Assembly: GCA_037925075.1 (NCBI GenBank)
Contig: JAXSNR010000002.1
Location: 288,001 to 352,000, forward strand
DNA from: Aquificaceae bacterium
GTDB lineage: Bacteria; Aquificota; Aquificia; Aquificales; Aquificaceae
DNA: 64,000 nucleotides
Direction of reading: 5' to 3'
Positions 1 through 9,883 of this stretch are shown here, in pieces. Every line of letters starts with the position of its first letter. Positions within the stretch are counted from its first letter, which is position 1. The translations under genes and the position numbers were made by a program. Under the pieces are notes generated by a model that saw only the letters and a program-made list of their open reading frames with translations, was not told the origin of the DNA and searched no databases.

Positions 1-110
1 AAAGGAACTGCGGAGCAAAAGCTTCCTTCGGAAAAGAGCAAGGACCCCTTACTTACCTTCTGCGGGCTTAACCTTCCTTCCAGAAAATTTTTTACCTCTT
101 CCACTTGCAT
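1..110 (-). CDS. Probable Crp/Fnr-family (cNMP-binding) protein, N-terminus only; runs off the window edge
   Basis: Manual translation from ATG at 110: MQVEEVKNFLEGRLSPQKVSKGSLLFSEGSFCSAVP; KG-x-LFxEG resembles the start of a cNMP-binding domain. Not in the ORF track. Confidence 0.5.
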   Translation of the reverse strand, partial: MQVEEVKNFLEGRLSPQKVSKGSLLFSEGSFCSAVP

Positions 111-127
111 GTCTTAAAATATAAAAC

Positions 128-523
128 ATGATACCCCTTTTTACCGAAAAGGCTCCAAAGCCCGTTGGTCCCTATTCTCAAGCCCTTGTGGCAGGTGGTT
201 TTTTGTTTTTGTCTGGTCAAATAGGCATTGACCCAAAGACGGGAAAGCTCAGAGAAGAGTTTGTGGAGCAGGTAAAACAGGTCTTTGAAAACATAGATGC
301 CATTTTGCAGTCCGCCGGCATAGGTAGGGACAGAATTGTAAGAGTGGTGGTCTATCTCAAGGATATAAGCCTTTTTAGGGAGTTTAACAGCCTTTACGAG
401 GATTTTTTCAAGGATGTGCCTGTCAAGCCTGTGAGGACGACGGTTGAGGTAAGTGCCTTACCTCTTGGTGCCCTTGTGGAGCTTGAGATTACAGCTCTTA
501 TGAAAGAAGAGACAAAAATATGA
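128..523 (+). CDS. ridA: RidA/YjgF/UK114 reactive imine deaminase
   Basis: APKPVGPYSQA, LSGQIG, PVRTTVEVSALP and VELE motifs. Confidence 0.92.
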   Translation: MIPLFTEKAPKPVGPYSQALVAGGFLFLSGQIGIDPKTGKLREEFVEQVKQVFENIDAILQSAGIGRDRIVRVVVYLKDISLFREFNSLYEDFFKDVPVKPVRTTVEVSALPLGALVELEITALMKEETKI

Positions 524-1917
524 TACCCTCTGACCTTGAACCACCTCATGACGAGCTTGCGGAAAGGGCGGTTTTGGGTGCCATAATTGCAGACCCCGAA
601 AGCATGCCAACGGTGCTCGAACACCTTAGGGAGGAGGATTTTTACTTTGAAAATCACAGATTGCTTTTTTCTCTCCTTTACAAGGTTTGGGAGGATAAGG
701 GAAAGGACTGGGATGACATAGTCCTCAAGGAGTACATAGAAAAAAGAGGTCTAAAGGAAAAGCTGAATATGGCCTTTATTTACTCCCTTGTGGAAGAGGC
801 GGCCACGGGAAGCCTCCTCGAAGAAGCCATAAGAAATGTAAAAGAAAAATCCGGTCTTAGACAGCTTATGGATCTCTCTTTGAATGTGCTTAAGGGTATA
901 AGGCAGGAGCCAGACCTTGAGAACCTTCTTGAGATCCTAAACTTAAAGCTCATAGAAATATCAGAAAAGCAGATAGTGAGCCATTACTGGCATATAAGGG
1001 ATGTGGCAAGGGATGTTATAGAAATCATAGAACAACACCGAAAGCAGGAGAAACTTATAACGGGTAAGGCGACAGGTTTTCTTGACCTTGACCTTTTAAG
1101 CACAGGTTTTCATCCCTCTGACCTCATAATAGTTGCCGCCAGACCGGGCATGGGTAAAAGTAGCTTTATGCTCTCCATGGCAATAAACATGGCAACGCAA
1201 GAGAAGGCTCCAGTGGTAATATACTCCCTTGAAATGAGCAAGGAACAGCTTGTGATGAGGGCGCTGTCTATTCTCTCAGGTGTCCCCCTTCAAAACATAA
1301 GAAGAGGTTTTATAAACGAAGAGGATAGAAACAAGCTCATATCCGCAGCCCTTGACCTTTCAAGATGTGAAATATACATAGATGACACTCCAAGCCTCTC
1401 CACCACCGACCTGAGGATAAAGACCAGAAAGCTCAAAAAGGAAAGAGGGATAGAAGTCGCCTTCGTTGATTACCTTCAGCTCCTTAGACCTCCTACAAGA
1501 AGGTCCTCAAGACAGGAAGAGGTGGCTGAGATCTCAAGAAACCTAAAAGCCCTCGCCAAGGAGCTTGCCATACCAGTGGTAGCCCTTGCCCAGCTATCCC
1601 GTCAGGTGGAGCACAGGTCAGACAAAAGACCACAGCTTGCGGACCTCAGAGAGTCCGGGCAGATAGAGCAAGACGCAGACCTCATAATCTTTATCCATAG
1701 ACCAGAATACTACAAAAGAAACCCCTCACCAGAGGAGCAAGGAGTGGCGGAAATCATAGTGGCAAAACAAAGGCAGGGACCCACGGGAATTGTAAAGGTT
1801 GCCTTTCTAAAGGATACAGCAAGCTTTAAGCCCATTGCGGCAGGAACTACCACTACAGAAAGCTACGAGCCAGAGCTTGAGGACTTTTCAGAGGATGAGC
1901 TTGACCTGGACTTTTAG
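520..1917 (+). CDS. dnaB: Replicative DNA helicase
   Basis: PPH..AE.AVLG N-terminus, AARPGMGKS Walker A, VDYLQL, LSRQVEHR, DLRESGQIEQDAD, KQRQGP. Confidence 0.98.
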   Translation: MIPSDLEPPHDELAERAVLGAIIADPESMPTVLEHLREEDFYFENHRLLFSLLYKVWEDKGKDWDDIVLKEYIEKRGLKEKLNMAFIYSLVEEAATGSLLEEAIRNVKEKSGLRQLMDLSLNVLKGIRQEPDLENLLEILNLKLIEISEKQIVSHYWHIRDVARDVIEIIEQHRKQEKLITGKATGFLDLDLLSTGFHPSDLIIVAARPGMGKSSFMLSMAINMATQEKAPVVIYSLEMSKEQLVMRALSILSGVPLQNIRRGFINEEDRNKLISAALDLSRCEIYIDDTPSLSTTDLRIKTRKLKKERGIEVAFVDYLQLLRPPTRRSSRQEEVAEISRNLKALAKELAIPVVALAQLSRQVEHRSDKRPQLADLRESGQIEQDADLIIFIHRPEYYKRNPSPEEQGVAEIIVAKQRQGPTGIVKVAFLKDTASFKPIAAGTTTTESYEPELEDFSEDELDLDF

Positions 1918-1929
1918 CTTATAATCTTC

Positions 1930-2781
1930 TTGATGCTAAGTATGACGGGCTACGGGTCAGGGACCTTTGAAAACGATAACTGGGCTGTTAGCGTGTTTGC
2001 CAAGAGTCTTAACGGTAAGACCCTCGAGATCTTCATAAAGTCCAACTACAATCTCATGTCCCTTGAATTTTCCGTGAGAAAGTTAGTAAGGGAGTTCATC
2101 AGAAGAGGGACGGTCAACCTCCACATTGAGATAAAGAGGAAAGGGATAATAGAACCCGTGAGCTTAGAGACCCTGTTTACAAACATAAACTTTTTTAGGA
2201 TAATGAGGGAAAAGCTTGAACTGAACGTGAGCGACGACACCATCTTACATCTTGCTGCGAGGTTCTCCGAGTCTCCAAAGGAAGAGATAGACCCTTCCCT
2301 TGAAGAAGCCCTTTCCTGTGCTTTGACGGATGCCCTCAAAGAGCTTCTCAACAGGAGAGCAGAAGAGGGAGAACAGATAAGGAAAGACATGGAGGAAAGG
2401 CTTACAAGGATTGAAAAGGTGCTTGAAAATATAGTGGAAAGTAGGCAAGAGGTTTACGAGAAGGTGAAAAGAAGGGTCATAGAAAAGGCAAAGGAGCTTG
2501 AACTTTCTGAAAACAGTGCTTTGGTGTTTAATGAGATTGCTCTGATCCTTTCCAAAATGGACGTGGAAGAAGAAATAACCCGATTGAAAGCCCATCTTGA
2601 CAAAAGCAGGGAGCTTTTTAGGTCTCAGGAGGATGTGGGAAGGAAGCTTGAATTTCTCTTTCAGGAGATGCACAGGGAGATAACCACTCTATCCAACAAA
2701 CTACCAGAGCTTTCGCCCCTTGCGGTGGAGATAAAGACGGAGATTGACCGTCTAAAACAACAGGTGGCAAATATAGAGTAG
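1930..2781 (+). CDS. yicC: YicC/YloC family endoribonuclease
   Basis: SMTGYG N-terminus, EEITRLKAH, GRKLEFLFQEMHRE, QVANIE C-terminus. Confidence 0.93.
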   Translation: MMLSMTGYGSGTFENDNWAVSVFAKSLNGKTLEIFIKSNYNLMSLEFSVRKLVREFIRRGTVNLHIEIKRKGIIEPVSLETLFTNINFFRIMREKLELNVSDDTILHLAARFSESPKEEIDPSLEEALSCALTDALKELLNRRAEEGEQIRKDMEERLTRIEKVLENIVESRQEVYEKVKRRVIEKAKELELSENSALVFNEIALILSKMDVEEEITRLKAHLDKSRELFRSQEDVGRKLEFLFQEMHREITTLSNKLPELSPLAVEIKTEIDRLKQQVANIE

Positions 2782-2790
2782 TGGTATAAT
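2782..2790 (+). promoter_or_regulatory. Extended -10 promoter (TGnTATAAT) for tRNA-Gly/tRNA-Cys/rpsT
   Basis: TGGTATAAT lies 14 nt upstream of the tRNA-Gly 5' end. Confidence 0.55.
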
Positions 2791-2804
2791 ATATATATAT
2801 CTTA

Positions 2805-2876
2805 GCGGGCGTAGCTCAGTGGTGGAGCGGCTGCTTGCCATGCAGCAGGTCGCGGGTTCGAGTCCCGTCGCCCGCT
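2805..2876 (+). tRNA. tRNA-Gly (GCC)
   Basis: Acceptor GCGGGCG/CGCCCGC; anticodon arm GCTGC-TTGCCAT-GCAGC; T-loop TTCGAGT; no encoded CCA. Confidence 0.97.
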
Positions 2877-2885
2877 TTTTATTTA

Positions 2886-2957
2886 GGCAACGTGGCCGAG
2901 CGGCTAGGCGAGGGACTGCAAATCCCTTTTACGGCGGTTCGAATCCGCCCGTTGCCT
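2886..2957 (+). tRNA. tRNA-Cys (GCA)
   Basis: Acceptor GGCAACG/CGTTGCC with U73; anticodon arm AGGGA-CTGCAAA-TCCCT; T-loop TTCGAAT. Confidence 0.97.
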
Positions 2958-2981
2958 TAGAAAATCCATAGGAGGTTTTTT

Positions 2982-3260
2982 ATGCCAAACACAAAACAGG
3001 CTGAAAAACGTATGAGAAGAGACGCAAAGAGAAGGCTTAGAAACAGGTATCATCTTTCAAGGATGAGGACCTATATAAAAAAATTCAGAAAGATGGTAGT
3101 AGCTGGTCAGTTGGAACAAGCCAGAGAGTTCTTGCCTGAGGTTATAAGCATCATATACCACACCGCATCCAAGGGTGTTATTCACAAAAATGAGGCGGCA
3201 AGAAGGGCTTCAAGGGTTTCCACGCTTCTTAACAAAGCCCTTCAGAAGGCTGAGGGGTAG
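2982..3260 (+). CDS. rpsT: 30S ribosomal protein S20
   Basis: MPNTKQAEKR..RRLRNR, KGVIHKNEAARR; SD AGGAGG. Confidence 0.97.
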   Translation: MPNTKQAEKRMRRDAKRRLRNRYHLSRMRTYIKKFRKMVVAGQLEQAREFLPEVISIIYHTASKGVIHKNEAARRASRVSTLLNKALQKAEG

Positions 3261-4700
3261 GTAAGCCAAGGGTTCTTTGAGTAGCAGAAGGCATAGCCAG
3301 TACACTAAAACAGCAAGAGGTATCACATAAAGCACTTGGTAAGAGGAGGGGCTTGCAAAAAGCACAAAAAGGCACATAAATGCGGTTGCAAGCATAGACC
3401 TTATGGTGGCAGTGTAATAGCTTTTTATATCTAAATTCCTTTCCTTCCACAGGTATAGCAAAAAGCCAAAACCGGCTACAGAAGAGGTGGCAGTACCGAG
3501 GGCAAGGCCTACAACTCCAAGCTTAAGACCAAAGGCAAAGAGGAAAGCCAACAAGCCTTCCGAAAGCACCGCAAACAAGGAAGCCATCACGGGAGTTTTT
3601 GTATCTCCCCGTGCAAAAAAGACGCTTGCCAACACCTTCTGAAGAGAAAAGAACAAAAGTCCCAACGAATAGACCGCAAGCACCTTACCTGCCATAGCTA
3701 TGTCTTCCTCTGAAAACCTTCCCCTTCCGTATAGCAGGGCAACTATCTGGTGCGAGAGCACCAACAGACCCCCAGTGGCAGGAAGGGCAAGGAGGGTAAT
3801 GAAGTTAAAGGCGAGGGTGATGTTCTTCTTTGGGTCTTGCCCCCTTGCCAAAACAGAAAGAAGGGAATTTGCCATACCCACAGAAAGGGCACCCAAAGGA
3901 AGCTGGAATATTCTGTTGGCATAGTAAAGGTACGATATGGAACCCAAGGCCAAAAAGGAGGCAAGGAAGGTATCTATAAAAAAGGAAAGTTGAGCAACAC
4001 CAAAGCCCATAAGGGCAGGCAAAAGCCTTTTCAGAAGCAAAAGTAGGTCCTTGTCTCTTTCAAAGCTCACGCGTGGCAAAAGCCCTTTGGAAATCAAAAC
4101 AGGTAGGTGAAAGATAAGCTGGGCAAAGCCTCCGAAAACCACACCAAGGACAAGTGCCATATAACCCAAGCTATGAGCTGTTAAAGCTATGCAAAGGGAC
4201 ATTACCACATTAAAGACCGCCTGAGCAAAAGCGGGAACAAAGAAAACACCCCTTGTGTTTAGCACACCCATAAAAAAGGCACTAAGCCCCACAAAGAAAA
4301 GGTAGCTAAAGAGGAACCTCGCCATAAAAACCGCAAGCTCAAAATAACTCTTCTGTGCAATGCCCGGAGCTATGAGCCTTATTATCCATTCCGCAAACAC
4401 TATGCCTATGAGGGTTACCGTAAGGTTAAAGAGGGTGTAGTAGGTAAAGGTGGAATTTAAAAAGGCTTTTTCTGTTCCCTCCTTTAACCTTTGGGCAAAG
4501 ATGGGGACAAAGGCGGCGTTAAAGCCACCCTCTCCAAAGAGCCTTCTGAATGTGTTGGGAAGCCTAAAGGCTACAAAAAAGGCGTCGGTAATCTGGGAAA
4601 CACCAAAGTAGTAAGCTATGAGGGCATCTCGCAAGTAGCCAAGAATCCTGCTTAGAAGGGTGGCTACAGAAAAGGAAAGGGAATGCTTAAGTAGTCCCAT
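3210..4700 (-). CDS. murJ: Lipid II flippase MurJ (MviN)
   Basis: SRILGYLRD, DAFFVAFRLPNTFRRLFGEG, YYANRIFQLP; many TM segments. Confidence 0.96.
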   Translation of the reverse strand: MGLLKHSLSFSVATLLSRILGYLRDALIAYYFGVSQITDAFFVAFRLPNTFRRLFGEGGFNAAFVPIFAQRLKEGTEKAFLNSTFTYYTLFNLTVTLIGIVFAEWIIRLIAPGIAQKSYFELAVFMARFLFSYLFFVGLSAFFMGVLNTRGVFFVPAFAQAVFNVVMSLCIALTAHSLGYMALVLGVVFGGFAQLIFHLPVLISKGLLPRVSFERDKDLLLLLKRLLPALMGFGVAQLSFFIDTFLASFLALGSISYLYYANRIFQLPLGALSVGMANSLLSVLARGQDPKKNITLAFNFITLLALPATGGLLVLSHQIVALLYGRGRFSEEDIAMAGKVLAVYSLGLLFFSLQKVLASVFFARGDTKTPVMASLFAVLSEGLLAFLFAFGLKLGVVGLALGTATSSVAGFGFLLYLWKERNLDIKSYYTATIRSMLATAFMCLFVLFASPSSYQVLYVIPLAVLVYWLCLLLLKEPLAYLPLSLLKGFVKKRGNP

Positions 4701-4708
4701 TTTCTTAA

Positions 4709-4792
4709 TGCCGGAGGCGGGAGTCGAACCCGCACGCCCTCACGGGCACTGCCCCCTCAAGACAGCGCGTCTGCCAGTTCCGCCACTCCGGC
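4709..4792 (-). tRNA. tRNA-Leu (GAG)
   Basis: Reverse complement GCCGGAG...CTGTC-TTGAGGG-GGCAG, long variable arm, TTCGACT, CTCCGGCA. Confidence 0.96.
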
Positions 4793-4813
4793 TTAGGCTT
4801 TATATTATACACC

Positions 4814-5407
4814 ATGGCTTTAAATTTGCCAAGACTGTACGCCATAACCCACAGCAAGAGATACCAAGATATGATGCAAAGGCTAGAAAAAGCCCTGAGA
4901 AAGGGTATAAGGATGGTCCAGCTAAGAGAAAAGGAGCTTTCTGGTCTTGAGTATTACAAGAGAGCTCTTGAGGTAAGAAAGTTAACAAAGGAATACGGAG
5001 CCTTGCTTTTTGTAAACGACAGGGTAGATATAGCCCTTGCGGTGGATGCGGACGGCGTGCATCTTCCAGAAAAGGGCTTGCCTCCAAGGGTGGTGAAAAG
5101 GATGGCACCTAAACTACTGGTAGGTTATTCCGCTCACAGCCTTGAGCAGGCTCTCTGGGCTCAGGAGGAGGGTGCGGATTTTATCACCCTAAGCCCCATC
5201 TTCAAAACCCAGTCCCATCCAGAGGTAGAACCTATAGGGTTATCCACATTAAAAGAGGTGTCGCAGGATTTAAAAATACCCGTCTATGCCCTTGGAGGCA
5301 TAACATGGGAAAAGATAAAACTGTGCTACAAAAACGGAGCTTACGGCATTGCGGGTATAGGGCTTTTCTTTGACCATGTTGATAGTGATTGGGGGACCAA
5401 CGGGTAG
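4814..5407 (+). CDS. thiE: Thiamine phosphate synthase family (ThiE/TenI)
   Basis: VQLREK, VNDRVDIA, DGVHL, SAHS, YALGGI; a TenI-like paralog cannot be excluded. Confidence 0.8.
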   Translation: MALNLPRLYAITHSKRYQDMMQRLEKALRKGIRMVQLREKELSGLEYYKRALEVRKLTKEYGALLFVNDRVDIALAVDADGVHLPEKGLPPRVVKRMAPKLLVGYSAHSLEQALWAQEEGADFITLSPIFKTQSHPEVEPIGLSTLKEVSQDLKIPVYALGGITWEKIKLCYKNGAYGIAGIGLFFDHVDSDWGTNG

Positions 5408-6287
5408 CGGAAAATCAAAGGTATGCTGTCTTCTGGCAAAGAGGATAGAAGGTGAGATAATCAGTGCGGACTCCATGTGTGTTTATAAGTTTATGGATGT
5501 GGGTACAGCCAAACCCTTGGAATGCATGAGGGAGATAAAACATCACTTGATTGATATGGTGGAGCCCGGTGGTCTTTTTGACGCCAAACTCTTTGAGGAA
5601 TATGCCCTAAAAGCCATAGAGGAAATAAAAAGCAAGGGGAAAATCCCCATTGTATGCGGAGGTACATACCTTTACCTTCAGGCATTGCTTTTTGGTATAG
5701 AAGAAACACCACCACCAGACTGGACCCTTAGAAAAAGGCTATATGCGGTTGCGGAAAGGAAGGGTAGCCAATACCTCTACCAAAAGCTTAAGGCTGTGGA
5801 CCCAGTATATGCCCAGAAGATATCCTCCAAAGATACGAGAAGAATAGTCAGAGCCCTTGAGGTTTTCATAAACTCTGGCAAGCCCTTTTCTTCCTTTCAC
5901 CACTGGGAAAAGCCAAGGCTTGATTTTGTGGGTTTTTATCTTAGCTGGAGCTGGGAAGAGCTTTCTAAAAGGATAGAGGAGAGGGCAAAAAGAATGCTAA
6001 AGGATGGGCTTCTTCAAGAGTTGGAAAGGCTTATGGGGATGGGTTTTGAAAACTTCCTTACCTCCTCTCAGGCTATAGGCTACAAGGAGTTTGTTCCTTG
6101 CGTGAAAGGGCAAAAGCCTTTGGAGGAGTGCCTTTCTGAAATGATAAGAAACACTAAGGAGTACGCAAAAAGGCAGGTAAGATGGTTTAGAAAACAGGGA
6201 TGGCACAGGTTGGATATGGAAAGGCTTGGTTTAGAGGGTGCGGTGGAGGAGATACTAAGCTATCTCAGTCCCTCCAAGCACCATTGA
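5376..6287 (+). CDS. miaA: tRNA dimethylallyltransferase
   Basis: GPTGSGKS, SADSM, GTAKP, GGTYLY, QAIGYKE, YAKRQ. Confidence 0.96.
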   Translation: MLIVIGGPTGSGKSKVCCLLAKRIEGEIISADSMCVYKFMDVGTAKPLECMREIKHHLIDMVEPGGLFDAKLFEEYALKAIEEIKSKGKIPIVCGGTYLYLQALLFGIEETPPPDWTLRKRLYAVAERKGSQYLYQKLKAVDPVYAQKISSKDTRRIVRALEVFINSGKPFSSFHHWEKPRLDFVGFYLSWSWEELSKRIEERAKRMLKDGLLQELERLMGMGFENFLTSSQAIGYKEFVPCVKGQKPLEECLSEMIRNTKEYAKRQVRWFRKQGWHRLDMERLGLEGAVEEILSYLSPSKHH

Positions 6288-7640
6288 CCTTATTCTAAGC
6301 GTAGGCTGAGCGTCGGTGACAGGCACGCCTTGCCCATCCTTTCCACAGGTCCCAATACTCCATCCCAAGTCTGAGCCCACCGCATCCACATCCATAAGAG
6401 CCTTAGGACCATTCCCTATAAGGGTTGTGGACCTTATGGGGTACGTTATCTTGCCCTTTTCTATCATGTAGCCTTCCATCACCTCAAAAACAAAGTCTCC
6501 GGTGACCGTATTCACCTCTCCTCCACCCATCTTTACCACAAGAACACCCCTTTTTGTGTCCGCTATTATGTCCTCAGGGTTATCCTTGCCCGGTGCTATG
6601 TAGGTGTTGGTCATCCTTGGCATGGGTATGTGGGCATAACTTTGTCTCCTGCCGTTGCCAGTAGACTGCTTGCCCTCCTTCATGGCGGTTAGCCTGTCGT
6701 ACATGTATCCCACAAGGTAGCCATCCTGAATAAGGACCGTCCTCTGAGCTGGCACACCCTCATCATCCACCACAAAAGAGCCGTTATGACCCTCAAGGGT
6801 AGCATCGTCTATCACAGTTATAAGCTCACTTGCTACCTTTTGCCCTATTTTCCCCCTGTAGACGGAAAGGCCCTTTTGAACCAGATCCGCCTCAAAGCCA
6901 TGCCCTACCGCCTCATGTATCATGGTTCCACCCGCCTGACCTGAAAGCACCACCGTAAAGGGACCTGCGGGTGCAGGCTTTGCCTTCAGCATAAGAAGAG
7001 CCCTTTCTGTAGCCTTTCTGGCTATCTCCTCCGGTGGTGTTTTCTCAAAAAGCTCAAAGCCTCCCCTTATGCCGGCGGACTCATAACCCCTTTGCATAAG
7101 CCCGTTTTCTTGGGCGACCACATCCACGAAGAAAACCACCCTTTTCTGTAGGTCTTCTGCGATCTCCCCAAGACTGTTTATGACCATCACTTCCCTTGAT
7201 CGGTCCATAAGGACCACTGTAACCTGCTTTACCTTATGGCCGTAGCTTCTTGCCTTTTCGTTTGCCCTGTAGAGAAACTGTACCCTGTAGCCTAAGTCTG
7301 CTTGGTCAGGGTCTATGCGGAGGTCTGTCCAGCCCCTTATGTGCCTTTGCCCCACCTTTACAGGACCGTGTCCCAATCCCCTTGCGAGGGTTTTTACGAT
7401 TTCCATAAGGTTTTCAAAGGTGGGCTCTGTGGTGTATCCGTAGTAGGTCTGCCCCTTCTTTATAAGCCTTATGCCAACGCCCTCATCCACACCCCATTGG
7501 ACCTTGTCTATCTTATTGTCCTCAAGGTGAATCCTACATGTACGCACCCTTTCATAAAAAATCTCACCGTATTCACCACCCTGAGAAAGAAGGTTAGAAA
7601 GGAGATAGCCAGATTTTTCTTTGAGCATCTCTTTGACCAT
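6255..7640 (-). CDS. tldD: TldD metalloprotease
   Basis: HEAVGHGFEAD, DDEG, PRMTNT, CGKDGQGVPV. Confidence 0.95.
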   Translation of the reverse strand: MVKEMLKEKSGYLLSNLLSQGGEYGEIFYERVRTCRIHLEDNKIDKVQWGVDEGVGIRLIKKGQTYYGYTTEPTFENLMEIVKTLARGLGHGPVKVGQRHIRGWTDLRIDPDQADLGYRVQFLYRANEKARSYGHKVKQVTVVLMDRSREVMVINSLGEIAEDLQKRVVFFVDVVAQENGLMQRGYESAGIRGGFELFEKTPPEEIARKATERALLMLKAKPAPAGPFTVVLSGQAGGTMIHEAVGHGFEADLVQKGLSVYRGKIGQKVASELITVIDDATLEGHNGSFVVDDEGVPAQRTVLIQDGYLVGYMYDRLTAMKEGKQSTGNGRRQSYAHIPMPRMTNTYIAPGKDNPEDIIADTKRGVLVVKMGGGEVNTVTGDFVFEVMEGYMIEKGKITYPIRSTTLIGNGPKALMDVDAVGSDLGWSIGTCGKDGQGVPVTDAQPTLRIRSMVLGGTEIA

Positions 7641-7685
7641 CTTGAACCTCCAGAAGTTTAAAAATATATGCTAAAATCATATAGC

Positions 7686-8261
7686 ATGGGAGTGAAGATT
7701 GATATAAACAGCGTGCAAAGGGATATGTTTATTGAGCACAACGGCATGCCCCACAGAGTACTGGACTACGAGCATGTAAAACCTGGCAAAGGTCAGGCTT
7801 TTGTGAGGATAAAGGCAAAAAACATGCAAACAGGGAACGTAATTGAGATCACCTACAAGTCCTCCGATTCCATTGAGCTTGCGGACTTTGAGCAGGTCTT
7901 TGCGGAGTATTCTTATTCCGACGGAGACTACTACTACTTTGTAAGCCAAACCACCTACGAGATGGTGCCAGTGTCTGCGGAAAACATAAAGGAGGAAACC
8001 AAGTTTCTCAAAGAAGGCATGACTGTGGTGGTCTTCTTCTACAAGGGACAGCCCATAGGTATTGAGCTTCCAAAACAGGTGGAGCTTGCGGTAGTGGAAA
8101 CAGAACCAGCCTTTAAGGGAGATACCGCTGCTGGCGGTACAAAGCCCGCTAAGCTTGAAACGGGTGCGGTGGTGCAAGTGCCCTTCTTTGTAAAAGAGGG
8201 GGACATAGTAAAGGTGGATACACGCACCGGAGCCTACATAGAAGTGGTAAAGAGGGCTTGA
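7686..8261 (+). CDS. efp: Elongation factor P
   Basis: HVKPGKGQAFVR, KPAKLETG, VDTRTG; start placed at the internal MGVK. Confidence 0.97.
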   Translation: MGVKIDINSVQRDMFIEHNGMPHRVLDYEHVKPGKGQAFVRIKAKNMQTGNVIEITYKSSDSIELADFEQVFAEYSYSDGDYYYFVSQTTYEMVPVSAENIKEETKFLKEGMTVVVFFYKGQPIGIELPKQVELAVVETEPAFKGDTAAGGTKPAKLETGAVVQVPFFVKEGDIVKVDTRTGAYIEVVKRA

Positions 8262-8701
8262 TGGACAGGGATTTCATAAGGGAAATAATAAACCTTGTTA
8301 AGGGAAGCGATATAAAACAGCTAAGCATAGAAGCGGAAGGCTTTAAGCTTTTTATAGAAACCCATCAGAAGGAGCTTTTGCAAAAGGTGGAGGTGCCCTA
8401 CAGGGAGGTACGACATCAAGAGGTCTTACCCCCTGCGGAAGAGGTGCCTGAGGAAAACCTACATGTGATAAAAAGCCCCTTGGTAGGAACCTTTTACAGG
8501 TCTCCATCTCCCGGTGCCCCTCCCTTTGTGGAGGTGGGTGATATAGTGTCTCCGGGTCAGGTGCTTTGCATAATAGAAGCCCTCAAGGTGATGAACGAGA
8601 TAGAGAGCGACGTTAGAGGTAAGGTAATCAAGATTCTGGTGGAAAACGGAGAAACGGTAGAGTACGGACAGCCCCTTTTTATAATAGACACGAACGTGTA
8701 A
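8261..8701 (+). CDS. accB: Biotin carboxyl carrier protein
   Basis: SPLVGTFYRSPSP; EALKVMNEI biotinyl-Lys motif. Confidence 0.95.
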   Translation: MDRDFIREIINLVKGSDIKQLSIEAEGFKLFIETHQKELLQKVEVPYREVRHQEVLPPAEEVPEENLHVIKSPLVGTFYRSPSPGAPPFVEVGDIVSPGQVLCIIEALKVMNEIESDVRGKVIKILVENGETVEYGQPLFIIDTNV

Positions 8702-8702
8702 G

Positions 8703-9107
8703 ATGGAAGAGAAAAGGGTTAGCCTTAGACTTTCTGAGCTTGAGCATACATACATGGCAAAAACCTCCACCGGCGAGCTTTTAGTGGGAGAGCATGGCCA
8801 CAAGCCTATGGAGCTTTTGCTTCTGGCCCTTGCAGGCTGTAGCGGTGTGGATGTGTCTCACATACTCAAAAAGAAAAGGCAGGAGGTCAGAGATGTACAG
8901 GTGGAGGTGGTAGGTGTCAGAAGGGATGAACACCCAAGGGTTTACGAAAAGATAAGCATGAATTACAAGGTCTATGGGAAAGGTATAAAAGAAAAGGCCG
9001 TGGAGGAAGCCCTTAGGCTTTCTGTGGAAAAGTACTGTAGCGTCTATGCCATGCTCAAAGAATCCACCACCATAGAGGTCTCCTTTGAGGTATTCAATGA
9101 GGCTTAA
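8703..9107 (+). CDS. OsmC-like (YhfA type) protein
   Basis: PMELLLLALAGCSG and EKYCSV two-Cys pattern. Confidence 0.9.
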   Translation: MEEKRVSLRLSELEHTYMAKTSTGELLVGEHGHKPMELLLLALAGCSGVDVSHILKKKRQEVRDVQVEVVGVRRDEHPRVYEKISMNYKVYGKGIKEKAVEEALRLSVEKYCSVYAMLKESTTIEVSFEVFNEA

Positions 9108-9879
9108 AAACTTCTGGAAAGAGGGTAAAAAAGCCCTTGTCTCTTACATGATGGTGGGCTATCCTGACTATCATACATCCCTTGAAGCCTTTAGGGTTCT
9201 TCTCAAGGAAGGAACAGATATACTGGAGATAGGCTTTCCCTTCTCCGACCCTGTGGCGGATGGACCAACCATACAAGCCGCCCACGAGATAGCTCTAAAA
9301 AACGGTATAAAGTCAAAGCATGTTTTTGAACTCTCTGCCACCCTTAGAGGGGAGTTTCCAGAAAAGCCCCTTCTTCTTATGACCTACTACAACCCAATGT
9401 TTCGTATGGGATTGGAAAACTTCTGCAAAAGGGCAAAGGATAGCGGAATAGATGGCTTTATAGTGCCCGACCTTCCACCGGAAGAAGGCAAAGAATTAAA
9501 AAAGGTTTGCGAAGCACTGGAGCTTTCCGTGGTGTTCCTTGCCTCACCCACCAGCACAGAGAAAAGGCTAAAACTCATATGTGAAAACTCAGACCATATG
9601 GTTTATTTTGTATCCCTGACGGGAACAACGGGAGCAAGGGAAGAGCTTCCCATGCGTAGGCTAAAGGAAAGGCTTGAGCTTTACAGGTCTGTGTGCAAAA
9701 AGCCCGTGGTGGTAGGCTTTGGAATTTCAAAGCCCGAGCAGGCAAGGGAGGTGGCAGGTCTTTCAGAGGGTGTTGTGGTAGGTAGCCATTTTGTCAGGCT
9801 CGCAGGAAGCAAAGACCTTGAAGAGCTTTCAAAAAGCGTAAGAAGTATAAAGGAGGCCATAGAAGGTGTAAAATATTAA
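9097..9879 (+). CDS. trpA: Tryptophan synthase alpha chain
   Basis: EIGFPFSDPVADGPTIQ, MTYYNP, PDLP, GTTG, VGFGIS. Confidence 0.97.
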   Translation: MRLKNFWKEGKKALVSYMMVGYPDYHTSLEAFRVLLKEGTDILEIGFPFSDPVADGPTIQAAHEIALKNGIKSKHVFELSATLRGEFPEKPLLLMTYYNPMFRMGLENFCKRAKDSGIDGFIVPDLPPEEGKELKKVCEALELSVVFLASPTSTEKRLKLICENSDHMVYFVSLTGTTGAREELPMRRLKERLELYRSVCKKPVVVGFGISKPEQAREVAGLSEGVVVGSHFVRLAGSKDLEELSKSVRSIKEAIEGVKY

Positions 9880-9883
9880 ATCT

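Noticed and set aside
4660..4950. 96-aa plus-strand ORF
   Set aside because: Antisense reading of tRNA-Leu plus overlaps with murJ and thiE
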